Assembly (NCBI GenBank): GCA_965202585.1 | Contig: OZ241833.1 | Coordinates: forward strand, 10,974,001 to 11,038,000 | Source: Thalia democratica | Lineage: Eukaryota | Direction: 5' to 3' | Length of the DNA stretch: 64,000 bases | Shown here: in pieces, positions 1 through 13,503 of the stretch | How positions within the stretch are numbered: the stretch's first letter is position 1 | How the letters are laid out: every line of letters begins with the position of its first letter | The notes under the pieces: generated by a model | The model's input: only the letters and a program-made list of their open reading frames with translations | Database searches by the model: none | Told to the model about the DNA's origin: nothing | Translations under genes and position numbers: made by a program

Positions 1-439
1 TGTGTATTACAAACGACCAGAGTTGCATTAAAGTACATTTAAAGATCATTAGATAAAAAGTTTAAATTTATTAATAAGAAAGTGTTCAAATTAACTTAGT
101 GAACATAATGTTTTAAACTATTCGTTTTGTTTTGTAAAGTTGATGAATATGTTTCTTTACGTACTATTTAGATTAATACTGGACTTCTGTTTTTGGTGTT
201 TCTAATTTTTCGGTCTACAAAAATTTTGAGTTGATGTACAGTGTGACACAAAAAAAAATTAATAACCAAAATTTTAAATAATTAACCGTTAACTTGTATT
301 TTGCTGGTAGCGTAAAGATTAAGTATAAATTAAAAACCATACTTTAAGTTTTGAGAAAAGTGTATAGAGTTGTTTTTTTAAGAAAAATTTATACAACTTA
401 GACAAATGTATAGCTGCCACTAATTTTTTTTATTAAAAG

Positions 440-3400
440 GTTGGTGGAGTTGATGAATATGATATTTGTGAAGCTATTGAAAGCGGAAAACTAAAGAAGC
501 CAATTATTGCGTGGTGCATAGGTTAGTTTACAGTTAGTGTAAACACATCAAATAATTTCTAAATAATTGGTATAATCAAACAAAACAGGTACATGCTCTA
601 CTATGTTCAACAGTGAAGTACAGTTTGGACATGCAGGTGCATGCGCCAATCAAGTGAAAGAAACTTCAGTAGCCAAAAACAAGGCGTTGAAAGATTCAGG
701 TGCTCATGTTCCAGAAAGTTTTGACCAACTTCACCGAGTTATCAGGTCTTAAAAAAATAATTTAATAGCTTTATGCTTTAAATTTAAGCAAATTCCCTCT
801 GTATTTCTTATTGTATGTGCTAAAATTTGTTTTGAAAGGGTAATGAATATAAGTCTTGGTAATAATAATATTATAAAATCTTCATTGTTGACATTTTGTG
901 AGACAAATGATTTTCTAATGCCTAATTTTTTATTTGTTTTAGTTTCATATGTTACCTTGAAAAAGACTGTTTTACTGCTAGTATAGTTAATTTTGTACAA
1001 AGTTTCTAACCTATGAAGTAGAATAAGCAAATTTTCAAAATATGAAAAATATAAAAGGTATACTCAGGGTTTCCAAAAAACTTGAAATCCTTGAAAAACC
1101 TTAAATTTGATAATTTAGGCAAAAAAAAACTAGAATTTAATAAATTAAAATAAAAACACAAAATTTCAAAAAAAATAACCAAAAGACTTAGAAAAACCTA
1201 AAATTTTAATTTATTTTAATGTGTAAAGTAACAAAAACTCGATTTGATACGAAAAATATATCATAAAGCTAAATATTTTTGGTATCATTTTTTTTTCTTT
1301 AAAAAATCACATTTAAAATAGCTTTACAGTATATTTTCAATGTTGTTATACTATTTAAGACAGTTTTTTTAACTTAAGTTTAATTTTTACTAAAAATGAA
1401 CCAAAAAACTCATTAAAAAAAAATTTAAAAACTCAGAAAACCCGGAAGAAATTGAGAAAAATTTTTTGGCAACCCTGTATACTAAACTTGTCCTAAGTTT
1501 TAACGATAGGCACTTCAAATTTTAAGAATATATTCCTTAAATAGTTGAATAGTGTTAGCGTGTTAAAATTAAACATTGTTTTGATCAAAGACCCTTTTTA
1601 AATTGAAACATTTCAATAGGCAATAACATTTGAAGAGTATTTTCTAAAAACCGAGGAGATTTATTTATAGTTAACTGGTCTTTTTTTAGTTTTACTTTTT
1701 TTTTGAATTAAAAATTAAAGTAAACTTTTAAAAGTAAAATTCACCCTTCAATTATGTCAAGCAAAGCAACTTCTCTAAACGGTGAACCAGATATAAGAGA
1801 TGAATTTTTTGGCGATACGGATTATTAGGCGTTGATTTTAACAGACCGCCGTGTCTTTGCATGTTTGACTAAAAATGATATCAATTTTGTTCAACCATTA
1901 AGTTAAAGGGAAATATTCATGAAATTGTCATTATAGCTGACTTACAATAAAGTTATTATCTTATTGTAAATAAAAGGGGTTTTAAGTTTTAAAAAGATTT
2001 ATTTAAGATTTATTTTTTACAAGTATTTCAACTTCAAAATAAGTCACGAGACGTACGTTGCTTACTCCTGCTCTATGGCCTTAATTAAATATCCTTGGTT
2101 TTAGCCATACCTAAAATATATAAATTCTACACGATATCTAATAAGCATCAGTAATTTGTATTGTTAAAATTAACAGGCAAGTGTATAGCGACTTAGTATT
2201 GAGCGGTGATATCGTTGAAAAAGAAGAAGTCCCCCCACCTACTGTTCCTATGGACTATTCATGGGCTAGAGTTAGTTCTTGCTGATAATAAGTTACTGTA
2301 TTTTGATAAAAACTGATAGTTTAAAACAAAAAAAAAAGAGCTGTAATTAGTTACCAATGTTTGTGTCAAAACTGTTATAATATTAAATACTATTTTCCGA
2401 TTAAAATATTTAAAAAATATTAATTGCCTTAAATCTCCACTCTAAACACTTTCCAATTAATTTTTAATTTCTTCGTCTGATAATCATACAAATGTTTCAT
2501 AAGAAACTTTAGAGTTGGCTGAAAAAGTAGTAATCTAAAATTAGCACACTCTTATGAACAAAATATTAAAGAACTGCTTGATTAAGTTTAAATAATGAAA
2601 GTTAGTAAAATTATACATCAGTTTCCTATAACTAATAACTACGAATAACCAACTAAGTTTTTCAAATTAGTAATTAATTGTTGTTGTTACCAACTTAAAT
2701 GTTATGATAGCAAACATTAGATTTGATTTTTTACTAATTGAAACTATAAACATGGTTTTCAACCTAAAATCCTGAACATTTATGGAATTTGAAAGTTAAG
2801 GGAGTAAAAAACTTGAAAATCTTGAACAAATACATAAAAAAATATATACTCAAAAACTATTAGTTTAATGTTAACACTTCTTATTTTAATAGCTTATGTT
2901 TAATTAATTCTTTGCAATGTTAAAATATTTTTATTAATTGTTCAGTCAACTCAAAAAAAATTATCAAAAGTAATTTTATAAAAAGCATCTAGAGTTTAAA
3001 TTAGCTTATGTTTAAATATTCAAAAAAGTTTTAAGGAACCATACAAAAAAAATTGTAGATAAAAAAACTTAAAGAAAAACAGTGACCACTCTGTATAAAT
3101 CAAATTATATAGTGAAATTAGTGTGATTTTAAACATTAAACATGATAATATACATTTAAACAAGATTTTACCGAAATATGTTATTTACTTTGCTAGGAGT
3201 TAGGCCTGATTAGGAAACCATCGTCATTTATGTCTTCTATTTCTGACGAGAGAGGTCAAGAGTTACTGTATGCAGGAATTCCCATTTCAAAAGTTTTTCA
3301 GGACGATCTTGGCATTGGAGGTGTACTCTCGTTACTATGGTTCCAAAGAAGGTTTGATAATTACTTGTTCTATCGAATTAATTTGAAACACAATCAATGA

Positions 3401-6400
3401 TATTTACCACCCTCTAAGGTTCTTAATATTAAACATTTATCTGTCTGTAATTATAATTTGTTAATGGAAATACGAAGCTGTGATATTTTAAAAAGCTATA
3501 CAAATTTGTTTTAGTATCTTCATTTTGAAACTAAAAATATCCATCTTAATTTATAATTTTTGTTTTAGTTAGTATTGCATGTATTTATGATTTTTAATTA
3601 TTCTATAACATAACATAGCTTAAAGTTTGTTTCAGAGGTTTTAAACTATTAAATAAGTAGGTCATTGTTTGAACATTTTTAAGTTTATACATTTGTTATA
3701 CATTATAAGAATTAGTTTTACTACAGGATTTCTTTTAACAACCAATTTACTAGGAATTAAAATGGTTATAACTAAAAGAATTATTAACATTTGAGTTTAA
3801 AACTGGATACGTTTTTAATATATTGCAAACAACTTCTATTTTATATTACTATAAAGTTTGAGTTAATTAAAGTTATGAGTATTTTTCTAGTTAAAGATGT
3901 TTTAGAATAAATATAGATAATAATTTTTTTATGTAATTAGCTCTTTACTTAGATGAATTTAGCAATCTAAAGTAGTAATCTGTAAATATACCAAAAAAGA
4001 ATAAATACAGATAAAAATTAATATATCAACAACTTGTATAGTCCTTTTTTTTTAAACTAACGTCGTTTTTCTAGGTTAAACAAATAGCATATTTTTTTAT
4101 GATGCTGGTGTAATACTGTAATAATTAAAAACTTTGCAAATTTTTGTTATGTTCTAATAAACAAGTTTCGTTCAGTACTCTATTAGCAAGCATTATTAAC
4201 GATTAGTAATGTTTTAACGTTCATAAAGATAGGTTTAATGTTTTTTCTAACGTCTCGTTTGCATATTTTTAAAATCACAGATATGCGTAATAATTTGAAG
4301 TTTTATACTACATTATAATAAAAATATTTTAAGCTTCTTACTAGACTAGAAGTTGGCAACTTTTCTAGTCAGCGAGCCAGATTTACCTATTTTAACTAGT
4401 TAAAAGAGTCTTCGCGGTCTGAGTTTAAAAAAATTCATTAAAGCAAAATTTTAATCCAATAATCATTAGATAAGCACAACTGTGTAGTGTGTACTAAAAG
4501 TCAATTTAAGAGCATATTTCACAATGCTTGTTATAGAGTAGATCAATTTTGATTGCTTTGCAAAAATTACTTTCAAGCTAAAAAACTCCTTTACCAGACA
4601 ATTATGCTTGGCGGGCCAGACCACAACCGCGGACCGTAGGTTGCCCGCTTCTATATGTAGACACTGTTATAATTATAATTAATAAGCTATACAGAAGTTA
4701 ACTTTAAAACAAATCGAAACGGGAGCTGTACTATTTATGTATCTAATTACATATAGATCTTTGTAAAATATATTGGTAAAACAATTTCAGCTAGAATGAA
4801 ATTGGAATTTATAATACTTTATTTTTAATATTTTTGTTATAAAATTTCAATAGTACTCATTTATTGGTTTCAAAATTAAAAAGAAACTTTATTTTTGTGA
4901 CTTGTCTGATGATATTTTTATCGAATAGAATGTAAGTTTTTTTTACCAAACTAATAAAGTAAAATATTGTTTAACAGCTAGTTTATCGCCATTAAATTGA
5001 TAATATTAAGTTTGAAAGTTAAAAAATTGTTTACTTTTTAGTATGTGTATTTTATTCAGCAATTATATATAAAAGATATTTGATTCAATGAAGCTATTAA
5101 AACGTATAGAATGAAGAAATTGTTATTTTTTCAACAAATTTTTATTTTAAAAACTTTTAATTTTTAAATTACATCTTTGCAAAAGTTCGTACTTCAACAT
5201 TGTTAATTTTTTAGAGAAAATAATTAAATTTGTTAAAATGTCTTATAGATTCTCCTAATTCTAATAAGTTATTGTTTTTTAATTAATAAGATTTTAGCAT
5301 ATGTGCAGATCTGCAAAAAGCAACTAAAACAGCAAATATTAAGTAACAATGTACTATTTTTATAATTTTTACAATGAAAAGCATATAATTTAAATCTATT
5401 TTACTTAATAGTTAAAAGTTTAATTTTTTAGACTGCCAAAGTACGCGTTTTTACAATGAAAAGCATATAATTTAAATCTATTCTACTTAATAGTTAAAAG
5501 TTTATTTTTTTAGACTGCCAAAGTACGCGTGTCAGTTCTTTGAGCACTGCCTGATGATGACTGCTGATCACGGACCTGCTGTTTCCGGTGCCCATAACAC
5601 CATTGTATGCGCTAGGGCTGGTAAAGATCTTGTGTCAAGTCTCACATCAGGACTTCTTACCATTGTAAGTCAATTAGTTGAAAAATACATTTATTTATGG
5701 TTTTGAAATATTAAAAAAATATGTAATTGATTATGATATATGTGTTTTGTTATAAAAACTTATATAATTGACCTGGTAAATATTAATAAAATCATTTAAA
5801 AACTTATACAGTTTTAGTTTAAAACTAAATGTTTATATTCTATGACATTTTGTTCTATTTTTGTAAAATTCTTTTGTAAAATATATCTAATATGATAGAC
5901 TAATTTATAACCTTTTTATGAAAAGTCTAAAAACTTTTTTTTTTGAGTTTATTATTTTGTTAAACAAAGTTATAGTTTTTAATCTATACTAAGAATTACA
6001 AAATATAGACCTTTTTTTAGAGGAACAGTTTAATTATAACGCATATGTAAAACTGAATTGACACTTTATTAAATGTGCAGAATATTTATAATTTTCCCTC
6101 AATTAAAGGGAGATAGATTCGGTGGTGCGTTAGACGGCGCTGCACGTCAATTCTCAGCTGCTTTCGACGAAGGAAAACTTCCTAATGAGTTTGTTAATGA
6201 TATGAGGAAGAAACATCAGCTTATAATGGGAATAGGACATCGTGTGAAATCAGTGAGTATAGCATTGTCTTGGTTTAATACTTTTTATATCTACCATCAT
6301 AAGTCAACACTACAATTTTGACTATGTCTGCCTGATAAGTCATAATGAAGACGAAACCAGGTGGCAGAACGTCACATAAACTGTTGTTGATGGTCGTGCG

Positions 6401-7157
6401 TTCAATTTAGTGCTAGTTGTTATGGCCGGAAAACATTTCGGTTCGACAACGATAGCCAAATACATCTTTACTAAGTTAAATTTATTAAGTAAGACAAATG
6501 TTTAAATAATTTTGTTTCTACGCTCGATTAATCTTAGTTACAAAACAGATCAATAATCCAGATCAGAGAGTTACTATTTTGAAAAAGTTCATTAAAGAGA
6601 ATTTTCCATCCACTCAGCTCGTTGACTTTGCTTTAAAAGTTGAAAAAATAACCACTTCAAAGGTACTTGATAATTACTTTACTGTGTTCAGAAAGCTAAT
6701 AGTATTCGTTCTTTACTTTTAAGATTTTCTTTAATTTCTAGTGGAAAAATTTGAACCTAATTTTTAAACTATAGTTTTAATAAACAAGCTTCTTTCTAAT
6801 AAGTTAATATAAGTTTATAAATTTAAGCACATAGTTAGAAAATAAGCACTTTGCTGTAACAAACATACTGCACTACCTTAATTTTTACTAGTAAATCTTT
6901 CGTAGAAACCCAACTTGATATTGAATGTTGACGGATTGATAGGAGTTGCGTTCGTTGATTTGTTAAGGGGTTGCGGAAGTTTTACAGCTGAAGAAGCACA
7001 GAATTATGTAGACATCGGAGCATTAAACGCTATTTTTGTGCTTGGAAGAAGTCTTGGTTTTATTGGTCATTTCCTTGACCAGCGACGTCTTAAACAAGGA
7101 CTGTACCGTCATCCAGTCGATGATATTTCATACGTGCTCCCCGAAAACTATTCTTAA
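440..7157 (+). CDS. ACLY: ATP-citrate lyase, 3' part (gene starts upstream of window). Exons 440-521, 589-745, 2177-2270, 3197-3351, 5514-5664, 6109-6252, 6549-6662, 6906-7157 (stop)
   Basis: All introns are GT-AG with consistent phases. The spliced translation gives [88 protein letters not shown] and [10 protein letters not shown], which match the metazoan ACLY C-terminal half. Confidence 0.97.
1065..1477. mobile_element. Non-autonomous DNA transposon (MITE, hAT-like TIRs) in an ACLY intron
   Basis: TIRs cagggtttcca / tggcaaccctg, flanked by a 6-bp direct repeat tatact. The interior is similar to the copy at 33793-34161. Confidence 0.7.
4347..4653. mobile_element. hAT-type MITE
   Basis: Imperfect TIRs tagaagttggcaac / gttgcccgcttcta with subterminal gggcc/gcgg motifs like the copies at 9106 and 18964. 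Confidence 0.55.
5366..5529 (+). repeat. 82-bp tandem duplication spanning the 3' splice site and first 16 nt of ACLY exon 5514-5664
   Basis: 5366-5447 and 5448-5529 are near-identical. Both contain tttttag|actgccaaagtacgcg. Confidence 0.95.
6327..6368 (+). ncRNA. Decayed type I hammerhead ribozyme (same family as 34465) in an ACLY intron, sense strand
   Basis: tctgc-CTGATAA-gtc/gac-GAAA-ccaggtg-gcaga. Stem I is intact, but the core has G8>A and the cleavage triplet is GUG. The downstream ctgttgttgatggtcgtgcg matches the 34.5 kb family tail. Confidence 0.7.
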
Positions 7158-9105
7158 TTTATCACGCTTCTTACAACATTGTACTGCTTAACATATTTAT
7201 ATTATGTGCTTGTTAGTGTTTGGTACATAAATCTATTTATTCACTCACACTGACCATGTGAATAGAAATAATTAACAACTTAAATTATTTAGAATATAGA
7301 ATGGTTATTCCTTACAAATAATTTAATTTACTACTCCACATTCACATTTATTTTTTGATTTAAATCAATGTTTTATTTTTGTTTTATATTTTTAATCTTT
7401 TATTTTATAATGATATTGTATAGTACTGTAAGCACTTATTTTAAATATTCCAAATTATATTTTATTTTTTATTTTTTTAGATTAGTGAAGCAGTTTTTTT
7501 CAAGCAGATTTTTTCAACTATTCATATTTATCTTCAATTAGTACTTAATTGTTTGTTTTACACATAGAGTTTAATTAGCAGTATATTTGTTATAAATGCA
7601 ATGTATTTATTTTTATCTAATTTACACAGTCTCATAGCAATATTATTTTTTAGTTTACACAATCTTTGCTTACTTTTGGTATGTCTATTATTTTCAAATT
7701 GACCATTTTTTAGTATGCTTTTGTACATTGTTCAAAAATTTTTATTGAAAATCAACAAGTTGTTTTGTTAAAGACAAAAAGAAACTGTCGATTAAAAGAG
7801 AGCAAATTTTATTTCATTCTCAATATTAAGCTGGTGTTATCATTTTTATTTTATTAAAGTTTTTTTCACATGAATTTTTATCAATTCTTGACTACAATAA
7901 TATAAAGGTTGTTGAAAAATTTTGTTTAAAACACTATTTTTAAATATTAGAAAACTTTTACGCTTACAATTATTAAGATATTCTTAGTCACAGTTAGTCA
8001 ACAATTTTACGCCATCTTTTTATTAGTCTTAAAATTAGTTGGCATAATTTTAATAAACTTCTTCAATAAAAGTGTGTATATATTAACTTGCTATGAAGAG
8101 TTAACCTGCTTGATTTATTTTTGATCAAAAAAATAAGATTAATAAAATATTTTAAATACAGGTTAAAAATGAGGTTAGCTTTTCGTAAAAATAAACCATT
8201 TTCAACGCATTAGAACACTCATTGGTATTTTTATTGACTTCATTATAAGTTATAAAATATAACTTGAGATCTAAAAAGGTTAAGTATTTAGGTTACTGCC
8301 GTAATTATTTATGCATGCAAAAGTTAAACTAATATATACCAATGTAATACCAATAAACATTTTAAAGTAATACTTCCAAAACAATGTTTTACAGAAAAAA
8401 AAAGATCATCGGTTCATAATAAAATCTGGTAAACATATAAAGAGACATTAGGATTAATTTAAATTAAAATTGTCAATAAGGTATGAAAATTCTGAAATAG
8501 GTATGGATCAAAACTTGTTGAACAAACTGTAAACCATTCTAATAGCACATAAAGTCAATGCTTTGGGTCTTAGGATATTCGCTGATGTTTTTTTTTCGGT
8601 ATTGTCACAAACAAACGTGTCAGCTGTTTTGGTAGTAGACAATATATTTTACGTTGAACGGCAAGTACACAAGTAAGTCACTGACCATATCAAAAACAAG
8701 TAGCTTCATGGTAAAACATTATAGCTGTTTGTATATTGACCACTACAGCTTTTTTGGATTACGATTGCCTGAAATTTTTATCAAGAATTAAACCCGTGTC
8801 TTAGTCTATTGCGAGCTTGAAGTCGGATGAACTAATATGATCAAAACTTAGTGTTAAATATATCTACCTACGTATTTTTTTGTAAATAATATATTTTTAA
8901 GAGCAATTTTTACATGATTAAAATCTATTTAAGAAGCGTTTGTATCAATGTTAAATTTTTGTTCGAAGTCAAACTACTTGTGATGAATTAAAACTACATA
9001 AACAACAATCGCCATATTTCGAAACATAAACCATATGAACTTAAGTCTAAAAACTACGTCGCAATGCTAGGCTTGCATCTTATACTTTGAACATCAAATA
9101 TAGTA

Positions 9106-9361
9106 CAACAGTCGGCAACCTTTTATAAATCGCAGGCCAATTTTTCTGGAAAAAGTTGCTTGCGGGGTGAAATTATTTAAAAGTAAATATTGTAATCAAT
9201 ATAATAAAAAAAAAAAACTAAAAATGTGATTAAATAAACAAAGTAGAGCACTAGTAAAGAGTAATTATTAAGTTAAGAGCCTAGTTGTAAATTTTTACTT
9301 AAAAAATTATTTTTAGTTATTAAAAAAAAGTATATAGCGGGCCGTAGTTAGCCGATTCCTG
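9106..9361. mobile_element. hAT-type MITE
   Basis: Ends cagtcggcaacc / gttagccgattcctg with ggcc-rich subterminal motifs. No clean TSD. Confidence 0.5.
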
Positions 9362-10272
9362 ATCTGATACAATTTATTAAAAATCTAATGGTAATTAATA
9401 AAAAATAAAACTAAACTACGCTTTACAAACAATCTTTTAACCTTAAATAAAACGATTTAATATAAAATATATTATCAAATGGTATATACTTATTTTAACA
9501 ACTAATTTAACAAAGTATAGTTGTTTTAAGGGTAAATATAAACAAATTCTAGCTCATAGTTTTAGTTTTGGTACACTTATTTTTTATATTTTTTTCTTGC
9601 TAGATAGATAAAACAACATAAATTTTTTTTCAACTGAACACAGGCTTTCAATTAGATTTGAAAGTTCTTAGAATAGTAAGACAAAAAGAATAAAAATACA
9701 TTGTATGGTCTGTGTAATTACACCTGTTTTTATAAGTTGCAAAAGTAAAAGGATAAACACATATGTGTTTTTTTTTAAATCGATTATAACGGATAAACGT
9801 TCAACAACTTTTATCTTTTGTTCCGATTTTTTGTTTCTTTACAATAAAAACACTATTAATAACCTTATTTTGTTTCACGGTTAGAGAAAGTTCGTAAAGC
9901 GTTAATAAATAGTAAGTTTGTTTAAGTAAAAAATTGAGTTTTAATTTATACAAAAACTATGATTTATAACAATTAATATTTAATGTAAATACTAACTAAA
10001 TGTATTAACAATTAACTGACCAAAGTAAATAGCCCTTATCTGTAGTTTTATATGATATGTTTTGTTTATATGTCCTTATAATTAAACTACGTGATTACTG
10101 CTTACATTATTTTTTAGTATTTCAAGTCTAAAAAAATATATAATTTTTAATACAAAATTGACGATGATATTGACTCTAGTTAATTTACACCATAGTTTTA
10201 AGATATTATTTTATAACTCCTTTTAGATATATAGCTTTGTATTAACAATACAAAGAACAACCAATTTTCGAT

Positions 10273-10316
10273 TTGTTTACTATAGTTTCTACGTTTTAAG
10301 CGTGTCATCAGAACAA
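10273..10316 (-). ncRNA. Minimal type I hammerhead ribozyme, intact core
   Basis: Minus strand: UUGUU-CUGAUGA-C(ACG-cuuaaaa-CGU)A-GAAA-CUAUAG-UA-AACAA. Stem I is 5 bp, stem III is the palindrome ACUAUAGU, and the triplet is GUA. Confidence 0.8.
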
Positions 10317-13300
10317 TAATAAAGTTATAGCATTATATATAGATTTTTCATTCAACTTTGGTTTTTTGTACACAAAGTAGAGCTAATTATATATTTTTTA
10401 AAACAGCTTTATACGTAGATATATACATGATATTTTTCTTTGCATACTTTTTTAAATTAATGTATAAAATATTCTTTACTAACTCTATAAAGCTGTTCAT
10501 GTTTTTGGTTAGGAAAACTTCACTGTTGGTTATGTAAAGTATTTGTATACAAAAACATATTGTTTTGACGGTTTTTGCCTCATTTTTAGTATTTAATGCC
10601 TTATTAAGTTATCTATCATATATTCAACGTATATATACTAGTTTTAAAATTTTCTTTAACTTAAGTTTCTGTTAGTTAGAATATTCTTATCAAATATCAG
10701 TACTGTTTTAAAATGTATATACTTTAAAAAACTAAAGGTGCAAAAAACTTTTTCTTTTGCAAACAAGTGTGGAGATTTAAAAGAAAACTCTAGAAATATA
10801 AAACAAAAAGGTATAAGTCATAACTTTTAAAGTTTTTTTAAAAAGATGATGGTGTTTTAAGTTAGTTGTTATAGCAAAGCTATGTAGGGGTAGGCAGAAA
10901 ACTTAGATAATTTTATGTTTGATGTTCGAATTCAATTGCTAACAATTTTATGTTGCTCTAAAATAGTTCTAGTTTTTTAATCGCTTAAAATATCAATTCT
11001 TATAGTATAGTGTTACAGACAACATATTGACATTAAAGCTAACACAATTCAATGGCAAAAGATTAAATCTTGGTGCTATAGTGAAGTCTAGATATTTACT
11101 TTTTTGTTAGCACTAAACTATTTTGTAGAATATTAAACAGATAACTGTTCTGTAAAAAAAAAAAACTAATTTCTAACAGAAATACCCTCGAAACCAAGAA
11201 TTCTCATATAACGAGCACTATTTAGTTCTACGCTTGGGAGCTGTTATAGTAACTGTAGCATAAACAACTTATTTAAACTAAAAACATTTAACATCAAAAA
11301 TGTTTCAAAGCTTAAGGTAAATTTATGGATCATTAATGAAACCTAGATACCATACTTATCTGTGAAAAGACATAATATTCTCAAGAAAACTCAAATATTT
11401 TGTCTGATTTCGAATAAATATTATGTTGAATTGTATTTTGAATTGAAAATTCTAAATACCGCTCTGATCAGCTATAAACAACTGAATTTGCAAAGCTTAA
11501 CGTTTTTGAAATTAAAACTCTTGATTTTATAGAAAAAAACACAACTAAGTATTAATATCAACTATAAACCTTGATTTGATTTATATACAAGACTTTAAAA
11601 AATTATTTTTTTATTTATATGAATTATTTTTTTCATAAAAACGTACTGTACTATAAGTTTAAAGGCAATATTACTTAATAGTCAACTAACTTGTATAGCT
11701 TATTTATAAATTTAGAAAGACTCGCATTATGTTTAAAATTAGGGAATCAGTTTTTTAGCTATAACACATAACATTTTATTGTTCAATAAAGCTAAACTAT
11801 GAAATTAGCACAATCTAGTTACAGTAGTATGTTATATTTTAGCATTTCTAAATCTTATTTATGTAAAAAAAATCGTTTGGAACTAAGCACATGATATATT
11901 CTACCACTTTTTATATTTATAAATTCAAAATAACCTTTAACATTCGTCAACTTTTAAAAAACAATATCACCTGTTTTTTATACTATTATTTAGTTAATCG
12001 TGAAACAATATCAACCTTTTAATTAAGTAACAAGTATTACATACATTTATACTTTCAAGCAATTATACTTACCCCTAACATGCTATATGAGTTTAAACTT
12101 CAACTTTTTAGTCTAACATTATATGGTGCTGTCAATGGCTAACGAAGTGCTATCACTTAAGTAGAAAAATATTGTTAAAAATTTATACAGTTTTGAATTT
12201 CTTTATAAGACGGAACCAGTTGCTATTATTAGGGATAAAAAAATTTAGATATAAGTATTTTTCTGTAATTTGATCTTTTTTAAATAATGTTGCCACAATA
12301 AATTACATTTACAAGTTCTTAATAACATAAAGTTTATATCGTTGTAATAACTTTTTTTCGTGAAAGATGTTATAATATATGTTTCATTCAGTGTGAGTTC
12401 CCACACTTTTGAGCCGAAAAACTTTGTGTTAAAAACTTAAATTTCTAACTTAGAGACTTAAAAATATTCTACCTGGTAATATAAATAAAAAATAACGATT
12501 AATTTTTCTCATACTTATGGAAAAAATAGAGAGAATATGTACAAAACCACGAATGAACACACAGAATATTCTTTAATCTTAAGATTTATCAAAACAACGA
12601 CCAGTGCAAATTACGTTTACATATCTCATAATTAAAAGGTAGATAGTATAAAATTATAAAAAAAACTTAGTTAACAAAGAAAAAAAAAGATATACTCAGA
12701 ACACCCGACTCTTGAAAACATAGCTGTTATAGTAGCCTGTATTTTGGGTCTAGCAGATACTTTTGTTCCTTATATTTCAAAATTTTCAAAAAATTATTAG
12801 GAGCAAATTTTAGCTTTCCATAATTATTACTTACATCAGCTTTCATTTCTGCTGAAGAAAAAATTCCTTCTATGATGACAGGCTAGTATGACATATTTAT
12901 GAAAAGTATTTAATTTTAGGGAATTGTTAATCATCTGTAAACATTAAAAGTGCTTAAGGTAGTTATACTATGTTAAATGTATAAAGTTTTAAAGCATTAC
13001 TTCTTGAATAAACTTTTACAGTTGAATACCAAACGTTGGGCTATGTCAAAAGTTCGTGCTAAAGCAAAAGCATTATGTTTTTTTTTCTTTTGCTAACTAA
13101 ACAGTAAAATGTAAGCTAAACATAACAGTTTTTTTTGATAAATATACTGAAGATAGAAACATTTTATAGTGTAAAACAAAAACAATTCAAGTTGGAAAAA
13201 GTTCAAGGTTAAAAACTTTTTTTCTTATTTATATGAACTTAATTGATTAGCGGCAAATAATTTTTGTGTTTTAAAAAATGGCAACAACTCATTCATAGAA

Positions 13301-13503
13301 AACTTTTTGTTATTTTTTTTTGCAAGTTTCTTAAATAAACAAACTTAAAAAATTTAACATCAGAAAACTTAAAACTTAGTCATACGCTTAAACAGGAGAA
13401 GCTTACTTGATAAGTCAGTTTTATACAATAAAATATAAGTGAAAGTTCTCAACTTTAAAGAAAATACTTAGTCTTTGAAGTTAGTTTTCAAATTGTCTTT
13501 TAC

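Noticed and set aside
749-1030. Minus-strand 93-aa ORF and similar 60-100 aa ORFs (15672, 17271, 22467, 22933, 23659, 28553, 30288, 37457, 48469, 54210, 61460)
   Set aside because: Low-complexity AT-rich translations in introns or repeats, with no motifs or splice support.
5545-5560. ctgcCTGATGA identical to the 5' half of the 34.5 kb HHR
   Set aside because: It lies in ACLY codons (HCLMM), with no stem II or GAAA downstream. Coincidental.
13146-13170. CTGAAGA-ta-GAAAC
   Set aside because: No stem II, stem III or stem I, so it is not a hammerhead.
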